Assembly: GCA_017470525.1 (NCBI GenBank)
Contig: JAFUYM010000026.1
Location: 33,419-97,418 of the forward strand
DNA: 64,000 nt
From: Bacteroidaceae bacterium
GTDB taxonomy: Bacteria; Bacteroidota; Bacteroidia; Bacteroidales; Bacteroidaceae
Reading direction: 5' to 3'
Shown: piece after piece, positions 45,101 to 52,332 of the stretch
Layout: every line of letters starts with the position of its first letter
Numbering within the stretch: position 1 is the first letter of the stretch
The notes under the pieces: model-generated
Database searches by the model: none
Seen by the model: only the letters and a program-made list of their open reading frames with translations
What the model was told of the DNA's origin: nothing
Translations under genes and position numbers: made by a program

Positions 45101-48067
45101 GCCATACACATAGTCGCGGATGTAGGGGAAGCCTTCGCTGAAACTGCCATCGTCATTGACTTGACGACCGATGTAGGTTTCTGAATGCCCCAAGATGTCA
45201 GCATTACATGCACCAGCAAAAGAGTTGAAGATGCGTCCTTGACCTAAGTTGATAATGGTGTTTCCGATGATGGGTCCTAAGAAACCGCCACCATACATGA
45301 ATTCGCATTCCGCCATGCTCTCGCTTTGGTCTTTCTGTTTCGACACGCCTGCATTTTTACCTCTCAGGTTGACGTAGCAACTGTATCTGGGGTCGTAACT
45401 GTAAATCTTATCGTTGAAGGAATAGTTGCCTTCTGTTTTAGGTCTGCCGATGACACCTTCCTCACTGCCACCAAATACTTGGAAGGTATAACCTCGATTC
45501 AGGTTAATCGTGGTGCTACCCCAGATTTCGGTGTCCTTACCTTTGCCGCCACCATACACATTGAGGGCTGTGCCGAGCACATCCATACCTTGCTGACCAA
45601 GAATGACACCTGTGCGACGTTCCAGAATGGTGTAATGTCCTTGATTTAAGATGTTGTCGCCATAGTTACTGGCTTCTCCCTCACTGTCTTCCTTTACTTT
45701 GTCGAAGAGCAGGTTGCGATTCACGGTGGTGGCATTCAGGTTGATGACCACATTTCCGTTCACGATTCCACTGGTATAGCAGCCACCATAGATGTGACCA
45801 CCATCCAAACGACGGTCAAGGTCCGCCTCCGTACTTTTCCCGTCTGCTGCAAGGGCGAGTTCTTCCGCTGTTGGGGTATATGGTTCGCCTGTACTGGATT
45901 TGATGATGTTCCATTCCAAATCTGTGCGGTCGGCATTCCATCGTTTGGGGAGAAATTGTACACCTAAGCCACCGTTGATGCTGTCACCTACGTTCAGTAC
46001 GAGTCGGTTTCTGATGTTGCCGTCCTCGTCAGTATAACTATAACCATCATCATTTGTTATCTGTTCGGCTGCCGTGCCAAGAATGCCGCCTTCGTAGCGG
46101 GCATTGAGTGCATTTCCGTTGGCATCTTTCTTTATTGGCACTATCGCATTGTTGCAGCCACCGACGATTTTATCATATATATATACGGGCACATTGAAGT
46201 TCATCGTGTCGGTGCCTTCATAGGTCATGCTGCCCACATTGCCACCGCAATAAAAGGAACCGATGGAGGTTGTGTATGGTATGTAAGTGGCAGGGTCTCC
46301 TTTGATTTGATTGTCAAAAGTGACACTGGGTATCAAATCCATAGCAGCACCTTTCATGTACTCGGCAAAGGTGGCTGGGTTGGTTAAATTCAAAGTGCTG
46401 AAATTCTCTTCTTCTCGGTATTTGGCAAGCAAATCTTCTGTCACCATGTTAGCACCGTTGTTGCCGAGGAAAACATTGTCGGCAATGACGTATGACCCAA
46501 CCTTCAGTTCGACGGTTGGGTGGCTCATGCCTGCCTTTCTTTTCAGTGTGGCACTATTTCCACCAAGGAAAATGCTACCATGAATGATGGTGTTGACAAC
46601 GACAGAATCTGTGGAATTTGCCTCTTTGGGCACTTTCTTTCCTGCTACGCGGATGGAGACCTGTTCAGCATTAGGGCGAAAAGCATTGAGGGCATCAGCA
46701 GAAGAAGTACCAGTACTTGGGTCGTAGTAGTAGTCACCATATTCAAGTGTTTCCTTCAAGTCTTCGTTGTCTGTATAGGGATAAGAGCCATTACCGCCGC
46801 CATAGATATCCCCTTGAATACTGGTATAAACACCGACAGCATTGCCACCCTTGACACTACCAGTGATGTCGTTGCCGCCATACACATTGTTGATATGTCC
46901 ACCTCTAACGAGCACACGGGCAGACAAACCTGCGGGGAACCTGTATTTTGCACTTCCATCCTCGTTGGTGTCAGACAGTTGGATGCTTGATTCAGCCACG
47001 TCGTCCCCATTTGCAGTCTTTGGGTGCACATCCGCTTTACGGCATCCACCATAGACATTGTCCACCATGATTTGAGAGTTTTCCAGAATTTCAAGCAACA
47101 AACCCTCAGGGCTGGTCATAGGACCTTCGTTACCACCGCTGTAAAGATTCTCAATATTGCCTTTCTCCAGATGCCAAGTAGGGCGGATATGCATCTCGGC
47201 TTTGTTGTTGCCACCGAACACTCGGGAGAAATGGTAGGTGTCTCTTAGGATAACATCTTCTAATACGGCAATGCCCATGTCCTTCAAACGCTCGCCGTTG
47301 TTTTTAATCAATAGATTGTTGTCTGAAGTTGCCCCTGTGGGGATGGCTGTCGTTACTTCACTGTTATTGTTGATGCAGATATCGGTGGCTGTAGTCACCG
47401 TGGCGTTGTTACCACCACCATAGAGGTAGGCAATGGTGCCACCTTTAATTTCAAGGTATGCCTTCCCCAGTTCGGGCTTTTCAACATCGTCCAAAGTAGT
47501 TGTCGTATGAACGAATGCCTCCTCATCTTCATCCCAAACCGAATCTGGAATGGTTGCGGTGTATTTCCCGTTCTCCTTTTCCACATAAGTATAGTCGCCA
47601 TTGCCTCCGCCGAAAAGGTTACCAATGAAGATGTGGTGAGGTTGAGAGGTGGTTGTTTCTCCCTCCTCGGTTTTAGTTTCTGTTTTTTCTGGGCTGACGA
47701 GAACAAAAGCACTGTAACTGTTGTCAATGTTGTTGGCAGCGGCTTCGGTGAGTCCTGTTGGCATCGCTGTGGAAGTTCCGATAGTTCCCGCAATGTCATT
47801 ACCTCCATAAACGGCATTGATAAGGATGTCATCACTCATATTTTCTCCGTCAATATGGACGAAGGCAGAACCCTCCACATTCGCTTGACGGGCACCTCCA
47901 AACACTTTCCCTTGAATGTTGCCACCACGGATGGTCACGCTGGTACTGCCACCAAGGTTGCCCGCATTGCCACCACCATAGACGTTGCCACCGATGGTAA
48001 TGGCTCTTTGTGCTTGCATGAATGATGCAATGAAGGTGAGTAATAATATGATGAGTATTTTACGCAT
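36170..48067 (-). CDS. Giant T9SS-targeted surface protein A (3965 aa): N-terminal [YF]GGG beta-helix-like repeats, long non-repetitive middle, GLUG-like module, T9SS type-A C-terminal sorting domain
   Basis: A single uninterrupted ORF. The signal peptide is MRKILIILLLTFIASFMQA|QR. About three dozen turns such as NVYGGGNAGNLGGSTSVTIRGGNIQGKVFGG are present. The GLUG-like module is CFAGTFHGDGYTISGLDHSLFG. The C-terminus ...NVTIVNTGGLTIASFTIQPGETIETQVPMGGVYIVNKHKLMVK fits the Por/T9SS CTD pattern. Confidence 0.85.
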   Translation of the reverse strand: MRKILIILLLTFIASFMQAQRAITIGGNVYGGGNAGNLGGSTSVTIRGGNIQGKVFGGARQANVEGSAFVHIDGENMSDDILINAVYGGNDIAGTIGTSTAMPTGLTEAAANNIDNSYSAFVLVSPEKTETKTEEGETTTSQPHHIFIGNLFGGGNGDYTYVEKENGKYTATIPDSVWDEDEEAFVHTTTTLDDVEKPELGKAYLEIKGGTIAYLYGGGNNATVTTATDICINNNSEVTTAIPTGATSDNNLLIKNNGERLKDMGIAVLEDVILRDTYHFSRVFGGNNKAEMHIRPTWHLEKGNIENLYSGGNEGPMTSPEGLLLEILENSQIMVDNVYGGCRKADVHPKTANGDDVAESSIQLSDTNEDGSAKYRFPAGLSARVLVRGGHINNVYGGNDITGSVKGGNAVGVYTSIQGDIYGGGNGSYPYTDNEDLKETLEYGDYYYDPSTGTSSADALNAFRPNAEQVSIRVAGKKVPKEANSTDSVVVNTIIHGSIFLGGNSATLKRKAGMSHPTVELKVGSYVIADNVFLGNNGANMVTEDLLAKYREEENFSTLNLTNPATFAEYMKGAAMDLIPSVTFDNQIKGDPATYIPYTTSIGSFYCGGNVGSMTYEGTDTMNFNVPVYIYDKIVGGCNNAIVPIKKDANGNALNARYEGGILGTAAEQITNDDGYSYTDEDGNIRNRLVLNVGDSINGGLGVQFLPKRWNADRTDLEWNIIKSSTGEPYTPTAEELALAADGKSTEADLDRRLDGGHIYGGCYTSGIVNGNVVINLNATTVNRNLLFDKVKEDSEGEASNYGDNILNQGHYTILERRTGVILGQQGMDVLGTALNVYGGGKGKDTEIWGSTTINLNRGYTFQVFGGSEEGVIGRPKTEGNYSFNDKIYSYDPRYSCYVNLRGKNAGVSKQKDQSESMAECEFMYGGGFLGPIIGNTIINLGQGRIFNSFAGACNADILGHSETYIGRQVNDDGSFSEGFPYIRDYVYGGNDLGGRILNEKSFKDQVRDEETLGMVYGYQASTETDPGNTAPDVLTASAYIEYRQGRALGIFGGCFGTYNYKDEKFRQYTDENGNAKEGFTKPRMGNAFINFRPTSTSELKTNEYNYVEKVYGAGQGYPGDGDRDVMQERSYVLIDIPQDMTNNYQNMEVFGAGAWSGLGMGVKKDKDDENPDGLSVEENPDRASAIIDLVHGRINAAYGASYEEGITRRTVVNVPSGSTIQMNRIFGGAYGIKNSVPCDVIEAHVNFSSNQALVGNYRDGIYGGNNNYRRTLYSFVNINAPVFYDKEQEYYGTVFGAGYGQDTWSEYTVVNLNDGAKVYEAYGGGNAGMVLNKASVAKWKAQEQEQEKTLYTAIDNYTEADLQKIESKLVKPNRLGSITNTNVNINQGGSVSGYYYKGDLSGGYCYGGGFGSTANVSGTTYIGLHGGTVAKDLYGSGYGGSVLNKYESKTDSTFTASTNVYIEGGTVRNVYGGGYQGHVGKHEGALSAAWDNDVLAVTNVIIGIRGDLDETGLTYYRGVPAIQRNAFSGGEGGSIYGTANLTINNGYIGYYYDPQDTQKPYKEKIYDETWHDQTHPLGTPNTRLEDCGNAFGGGYDDLSTCDYTNVKVYGGVIRNGLFGGGEIATVGRGATKQKTGVIRELDQIYRHGGTHIEMYNGHVLRNVFGGGKGYNKLRYGVGHELYTDGYVFGQTEVYIHGGEIGTIDGIDEGYGNVFGGGDIGYVYGNGEADYTETTGSPGHYYYKKDGHLTEDCKVVIEPYAQVKKTWKDITNPRNNDDDKTNDEETAVTGVVTIGGHDYLPGQYVPTDTLNTLKGKNDISNIGSGVTENTNAYNHLLLESDRAKWAKLDDTGIIIHNAVFGGGNVSSGSDQIYANATTVFGNVTATLRDVYHRDLITVGYERVGGLYGGGNLSLVDGYRELHIANYGTDYYGLTQTIPLEQYYRLTDREKAYFRLRYTCKKYIASYTDNYGIFHKAYNVGDPIYQEEYEDLEDEYQSDEYWTTDGVCSIYAGRLLNTIQRADLCGVYGSRIVLMGARDRVVDVADYTRYTLNRVGELSLHSQATTANDTDDASKSHGNYFGIYSLVNYLGNLSSDVKMEHVRTSDTNDTDGTTTYYQWKQTNHNNRKRNVGTCHNEVALASGVFLELTTENSTKDEKDYGYITGVVELDLINAKTDEVGGGYIYAKNEHGTPTFHEDAENVTLSPYNQNVVTYKRYTYDEQNLEIIQTSGNFIHDSHKRIIDDCYPNNAEYDPTKENYSKAHYWFVKGNIYIYDQIISAYTGSANAYPKQEKIPLTITPGSHGRLTLLNVQPNLYAYWKNGQQTEAIVDSTKIENNTRTVLLNDVISYWDYSQLNENDQKVFVPETKVSVTDYTLSETSTDTIKAGKVMTPSAYNNFVNGLSAKIVTIDDQSVTIQHPLYDVTKQQWVEADEVYHSSNNMSSSNGYVLTFEMDSPQDWNKWYSLIEGAPSSINTPDYAALTTHADSIKYIQGPTFRTTATESTPYGQRYYEQGEVIPEVVVENYPESLENQEGQAKVVKAYAAKTDEVEYSYTDEHGETHEGTFPSGTAISETIYNRLDESTKNKLEQAQVCTNTVQLAENAYLFVGDVVTSPDIENLALTYVDGHFDEKKFETATEEERNAEKARLKAEGEELIQGYLTPAYYCDAAGLYGGKIFSSNTNYSPIDSWCSLSSEDRKHFLFNGDAFDLLIDPDFRGRTTGENGGLNDNGELYRYGEPYCKTYPVEYTAMFQASDDLTSISFTKEGETTPTVVNETNPELTNVDYEKYIANEQYHFTPIKVTKTPAELINDEGEDYYIVKKRFVRADIPYEVGQLVSASVYRALTGTEREEYIEVQKFLNTTQNDDEYVYYFYCREDFVVGEKGGYTDEQKRNGTNEVVYTDVFDGSKKYYVGNTIPKGTFITKEEYKNLPNLQKNFLIKGMEPTETTTLYVARESDINDLSKERIYSVIYQYTYNEGDDSGENVELVNELHVINIHVQFESGVPSVGTLTPPSTVLPGNTVGTKEPRPIIPGAFEIIGGGWEIYDNKTDAENHRNGKPFTPNQTQVYWYQNQRSYVAYYAKTYLGKTYSNSVPLSVANYHDMANVMADTEHHMYVDYDPAKLTRHCKIYINDYSDDDKNGLDILKNFFDLSCQTSVANSGATEGHALLNENVKGGENLDFFLRTDIDHPGSWTSIGNDSQCFAGTFHGDGYTISGLDHSLFGSLCSDVYNLGVTGTFTGAGIAEKGSGYVENCWISTTSTEPKTTKPVFGEPTNLNDTRPYRIVNCYYAEEKDAANKYTNHSSNYGIPIPKTPQAFYNGEVAYNLNGFYLKRRYYDGIQQTGDTEYNYLTTNADGTLSEEMSPIYYPVLTSDNAQYGDLGYVERRYANVDFIYANGKLPESSDIRMRTQTEGAAVTPVYAPIWPDDYLFFGQRLTYGYYSTPSQDSTKPDDESSSHDELPTHITSNNRVYRAPAYFQSKQMGAVHFNPDVLLAAQSKDKAHTAYPNMTAIDFTGYGDATYRQGFNGQLFYQPLLDDNGICSIKNIDLTKNLLVYTKADTQTDNVVGTYLYDEAYVETRRATYRTVAPWDTYKDNIHGHRVQLADDGYVAPNDHMLVDKEDFNAPIEYRMGDYRMWYQRTPDNFVDLTKGWEAISIPFTAELVTTQNKGELTHFYDGSLKGHEYWLREYKGKKISDNNVFTALFDYPAQQTTPKTVTNTFLWDYYYSKNAQKDLNGDTYQTYYQQPSRQYDGYPLLAADTPYLIGFPGQTYYEFDLSGNFRALTTAESNPEKLDKQTITFVSAEGETIHVSDDEMKKAAKDGYTFVPNYLSKEVEGYLLDTEGSSFDKTETAIAAVPFRPYFIAGTASAKPRQMVEHIIFDKSDDTSFDFDDNDPTQGEASGSLTFYTKKHLIGVTSSLRTATNVTIVNTGGLTIASFTIQPGETIETQVPMGGVYIVNKHKLMVK

Positions 48068-48103
48068 GTTTCAGTCTTTAATTTTCAACTTTCACTTTTC
48101 AAC

Positions 48104-49312
48104 TTATTGATTCGTCACGGTAAATGTCGGATTGTCAAGGTCTGGTTCCGACAACACATAAAGATAGGTTGGGGTGACCGTTATCTGAACAGTATATTTC
48201 TTACCGGGCTGTAAAATTCCATTAGTTCCTTGGATCGTGAAGATATTCTCTGCTGCGCAGTCTTCTCGAATAAGATTACCTTTCCTGTCATATATATTGT
48301 AGATACTCTTCATAAGAAACCTATTGACAGAAGGAGGAGCATAATAGCCTTGTAAATTCTGATACATCGTGGTCAACTTCGGTAACTGGTCATCATCGGT
48401 AGAAGTGAGTTCCGAATTGTCGTATAGAGTGATTGGCTTTTCGTTTCCATTCGATTTGGAGGTAAAAGTGACAGCATTTGTCCCGATGATAGGACTCACT
48501 CCTTGGGTGTTTGCAGTGATATTGACTGTGCCTGTCATCGTTTCAATTTTCTCATTATTGTCTGACAAAGCCCAGATTTTCAGAGATTTTAGTTTGATGG
48601 AACGTAAGGTGGCGTAGGTTTCATCCACCTTCATTTGGAGGTCAATGCCAGCACAAATGTGGTCTAATAGCAGGCAGACATAGTCATTATATGCGGTGGA
48701 GAATTGATAACTGAATGCTCCTGGCACGATATTGACATTTTCGAAGGATATATTGTCGGTGGCTTGTTTAACACCAGAGATGACGCATACATCGCTCAGG
48801 GTGACGGCATTCATATCATTGATGGTCAGACATGCCCCCTTGCTATAATTGGTTTCTCCTCTCAGCAGGGAGATGTCCACGTCAGATGATGTGTCATCGG
48901 CTGAAATAGGCATAAAACCATAAATGTAGTAGGGGTGACTTTCGTCCAGAATCGTGACGTTGGTGCTCCATTGGTAATTGTTAAAATACAATCGACGGGT
49001 GGCAACGTCTTGTCGCGCAGGATTTTCGGTGGAAGGAGTGAAGAACACCACCATGTTGCTCTGGGCATCGATGGCATTGGGATGAAGTGTTTGATAATCC
49101 TCGTAGCCACTGGGTAGAGAACGAGTGGAGAGGGATGATTCCACATCCTTCAATTGTTGTGACCCAAGCATGAAATGCACCTGATGGTCTGATGTCTGAA
49201 TGTCTTGTGATGTATCATCGGAACAACCACAACAAAAGAGTATCGCTACCATTAGGAGCGTTACGCTTATCTTGTTATATGTGGTCTTCTTCTTGAGCAT
49301 GATAATTTTCAT
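48104..49312 (-). CDS. Pilin-like lipoprotein (fimbrial accessory subunit candidate, Mfa4 position)
   Basis: The start was moved to the Met at 49312 (MKIIMLKKKTTYNKISVTLLMVAILFCCGC|SDD lipobox), giving 402 aa. The call rests on its position in the Mfa-like operon. Sequence similarity to pilins was not verified. Confidence 0.45.
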   Translation of the reverse strand: MKIIMLKKKTTYNKISVTLLMVAILFCCGCSDDTSQDIQTSDHQVHFMLGSQQLKDVESSLSTRSLPSGYEDYQTLHPNAIDAQSNMVVFFTPSTENPARQDVATRRLYFNNYQWSTNVTILDESHPYYIYGFMPISADDTSSDVDISLLRGETNYSKGACLTINDMNAVTLSDVCVISGVKQATDNISFENVNIVPGAFSYQFSTAYNDYVCLLLDHICAGIDLQMKVDETYATLRSIKLKSLKIWALSDNNEKIETMTGTVNITANTQGVSPIIGTNAVTFTSKSNGNEKPITLYDNSELTSTDDDQLPKLTTMYQNLQGYYAPPSVNRFLMKSIYNIYDRKGNLIREDCAAENIFTIQGTNGILQPGKKYTVQITVTPTYLYVLSEPDLDNPTFTVTNQ

Positions 49313-49353
49313 TTTTCTCTCTCCTTCTCTCCTAAACAGGAGAATCGAAGGGG

Positions 49354-51138
49354 TCACCAATTATAAGTGGAATGGCTGGTTGTTGATTCCGCCTTCCATT
49401 CCTGAATGCCTGCCTGTACAGTGTTGAAAATGTGCAGATTATCGCTATCCAAACTGGGTAAGGCATTGTAGGCATGGGTCAAGTTGTTGATATCGAGATG
49501 AACTTCTGTGATGTAATCTTTTGTAAATACGCGTTTCGTAAAATCCTCTGCGGGTGTGGCAGGTACATTGATGCTGGCAACCAGATAGAACTTCGTTCCT
49601 TTGTAGATGATGCCGTTTTCACTTACAAAATCCTTACTGTTGTTCAGAAATTCCAACACCAGTTTCACAGGCTTCTTTTCTTGCGTTTGCAGTGCCAAGG
49701 TGAAAAGAGGGGAGGAATATTGGGAGACAACGGCACCTAAGCAGACACTTTCATCTTGGAGCGTTGGGTCATAGATGATGTATTCATCATATTGGTCGCC
49801 TATTTTTTGAGGCTCAAAATTGTAACCTTGTCGCGTTTGTCCACCAATAAGAATGCCTGTCAGGGGGAAGGTTCCTGCATCCAGTGTCACGTCTTGCAGT
49901 GTCAGGTCTTCATTTGCATCTTTTAATGTAGAACTTGTTGCTTTTATATAGGTCTTCAAACACCCAACAGCATAATCCAATGGTTCCTTGATGGCTACAG
50001 ACAGGGTGTTTGTAGTCACTTCGGCATTATCATTCTCATAATAGTGCAATACGCCACTCTCGCCAGACCATGTTGAGAGATTGTAATGTTCTTTCTCACT
50101 GCTTGCAGAGGTCTTGATGGAACTATGCTTGAAATAGTATAGTTCAGCAGGATAGACGAAACGGTTAAGGCTATTAATGTCGTTGAATGCGGTTTGATTC
50201 AATATGGGTTCGAATTGAGAGGTTGTTTTATTCCATTGAATGACGGCTGCACCATCGGGAAGATGGGTTGGATAGTCATCCATTGTTGTTCCCAGATTGG
50301 TGACCTCATGGTTGTTCGTATCGAAAGTCACACCTGTTGTGATGGCAGACAAGATGGTTCTTTGAAGGGTGGCGCCTTCTGAACCAGTACCATAATTCAG
50401 TTTTGCAATGTCTTGATACAATTTGCTGACCATTGCCTTGATGTTACGGCTGGAACCTGCAAAACTGGAGTATTCGCCAGTGTTGTTGAGATTGACGAAT
50501 TTTTTGAATAAGTCTCTTAATTCTGATAATGTCTCATTTTCATCAGTTACTTGATTCCAATGTCCTGCTGTTGCAATATTCGTCAGATATGTTGCAATGG
50601 CTTGTGCCTTATTGTCAGGCACATAGATGGGTTCTGGGTCAAAATAAGAGTTCAGGGGATTTTCTTCGTCATAATGAGCATTAAAAAAGCCATTCTTGAA
50701 TTTGGCAACTTCGTTGTTCTCTGTGAAAGGAATGGCCCTTCCATAGCACAGGAAAGAAGATGTTCCAATAGAGAGTTCCACTTGATGAGTGCTAAGATAA
50801 TTGTAGGTATCTCCTTGCCTGGTCAGATTGCCAATGTAATCAGGTGAAACGGGTTCTTCAGATGCCATAGGATATAACCTTAATTCCTGCACTCCTCGGA
50901 ACTTCCCAGACGTTTGGGTTACATCAAATTGATTGACATCTGAAGATGCTGGCATTCTCGTGTCTGCACCATTCGGTTCATTCGCTGTTTTCTGATGTGC
51001 AGACACATTTAACACCACATCGACAGTCACGATACCTTCTTTCTTGATAGGCTCATCACTGTCACTTGTTGAACAACTTTGTAATCCGCAAGTTGTTAAC
51101 AGGGTCAATACAATTATTATATATATTCTACTTTTCAA
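49354..51138 (-). CDS. Mfa1-family-like fimbrial lipoprotein (accessory/tip candidate, Mfa3 position)
   Basis: 594 aa with a TTG start codon and lipobox LQSC|S. It has a DTRM motif ~60 aa in, then FRGVQELRLYP. The C-terminal FTKDYITEV...LPSLD is related to the two upstream paralogues. Confidence 0.55.
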   Translation of the reverse strand: MKSRIYIIIVLTLLTTCGLQSCSTSDSDEPIKKEGIVTVDVVLNVSAHQKTANEPNGADTRMPASSDVNQFDVTQTSGKFRGVQELRLYPMASEEPVSPDYIGNLTRQGDTYNYLSTHQVELSIGTSSFLCYGRAIPFTENNEVAKFKNGFFNAHYDEENPLNSYFDPEPIYVPDNKAQAIATYLTNIATAGHWNQVTDENETLSELRDLFKKFVNLNNTGEYSSFAGSSRNIKAMVSKLYQDIAKLNYGTGSEGATLQRTILSAITTGVTFDTNNHEVTNLGTTMDDYPTHLPDGAAVIQWNKTTSQFEPILNQTAFNDINSLNRFVYPAELYYFKHSSIKTSASSEKEHYNLSTWSGESGVLHYYENDNAEVTTNTLSVAIKEPLDYAVGCLKTYIKATSSTLKDANEDLTLQDVTLDAGTFPLTGILIGGQTRQGYNFEPQKIGDQYDEYIIYDPTLQDESVCLGAVVSQYSSPLFTLALQTQEKKPVKLVLEFLNNSKDFVSENGIIYKGTKFYLVASINVPATPAEDFTKRVFTKDYITEVHLDINNLTHAYNALPSLDSDNLHIFNTVQAGIQEWKAESTTSHSTYNW

Positions 51139-51217
51139 CTCTCAACTTTTATAATGTATAATTCATAATTGCCATGCGGCTTGTACATATCGTGTCAGCC
51201 CAATTGTCGATTATCAA

Positions 51218-52330
51218 TTATAAATGTGGAGTAAACTCTGAACCTTCCTTCCAATTGAGTTTCACGCTGGCGGCAACCTCTTGGTCGTCTGTCTTGACTA
51301 CACCTTTTTCGTCCAACCAGCACTTGATGATTTTCAATTGTCCACCGCGCAAAGGCTCTTTGATGCCCAAGCGCGTTTCTGTGATGGTGCCATCAGCGCA
51401 AGGTACGTATGTACGGAACTCCCACAGTGTTTCTTCATCTGCCTCGGCAACAAAAGCATCTGTCGTCTCAATGATGGTGCGTGTATTGCCATGAGCAGCA
51501 TGTTCGCGTGAAGGGAACGTCACGGAGCAGAAGGCTGTGAGGTTGCTTTCTTCAGACGTGATGGTCTGTGTGCGTACGATGGGTGACTGTTTGGGATAGG
51601 AGAAAATGCTGTCAGCCACCTGAAACGCAGTAGCGAATCCCGTGCTGAAAACACGCATTCCATCCATATTTTTTCCTCTGGGGTCGAGCACGAGTGCGGC
51701 AGCACAATTTGCCATATAGAGCCGCACGTTAAACTTCTGGTCGATGCCTTCCACAACCTCCATGGGTTGGCGGGCGGTGAAAAGTCCCGTAGTGTGCGAG
51801 GAAATTGTGTCGATGCCTGTTGATGAAGCCAGCGTTTGCCCTTTCTGATAGAGTTGTGATGTGTGGCAAACCTCATCCTTTTCAAGTGAGACAAGTGGGT
51901 TGTTCACCACGTTGGCAACAGCCAAGTGCATGTACTGCCGCATGGGCAGATAAAGCGTGTAACTGGCTTGATTGGCATTCATGATGTGCTCATCGTGCTG
52001 CAAACGAAGAGAGTCACCTTCGGTTTCGTAGAACGAAAGGTCAATGTCGTGGGCAAAGTCCGTGAAGATGCCGCTCAAGTGTGTACGTAAGGCATTGGCG
52101 ATGGTCACTTCTGTTTGCGTCGTCAGTTCCGTTTGCAACTCTGTACTGATGTTGGTCACCAGTTGTAGTTCATAGTTCAACTGGTAGTCATTTCCACAGT
52201 CGCTCAAGTCATCATCAATGGAAGAACAGCCTGTTATGAGCGTAAGCAGCAACGAGAGGACACACACCATCGGTATGTGTCTCTCGTGCTTCAATTCGTA
52301 TGTTTTTTTCACGCTCATAACAACGCTCAT
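51218..52330 (-). CDS. FimB/Mfa2-family fimbrial anchor/length-regulator subunit
   Basis: The start was placed at the Met at 52330, 2 nt after the upstream stop. The lipobox is LITGC|SSIDDDLSDC, followed by NYELQLVTN... as in Mfa2-type proteins. Its ~370-aa size and its position after the Mfa1-like genes fit the call. Confidence 0.6.
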   Translation of the reverse strand: MSVVMSVKKTYELKHERHIPMVCVLSLLLTLITGCSSIDDDLSDCGNDYQLNYELQLVTNISTELQTELTTQTEVTIANALRTHLSGIFTDFAHDIDLSFYETEGDSLRLQHDEHIMNANQASYTLYLPMRQYMHLAVANVVNNPLVSLEKDEVCHTSQLYQKGQTLASSTGIDTISSHTTGLFTARQPMEVVEGIDQKFNVRLYMANCAAALVLDPRGKNMDGMRVFSTGFATAFQVADSIFSYPKQSPIVRTQTITSEESNLTAFCSVTFPSREHAAHGNTRTIIETTDAFVAEADEETLWEFRTYVPCADGTITETRLGIKEPLRGGQLKIIKCWLDEKGVVKTDDQEVAASVKLNWKEGSEFTPHL

Positions 52331-52332
52331 GA

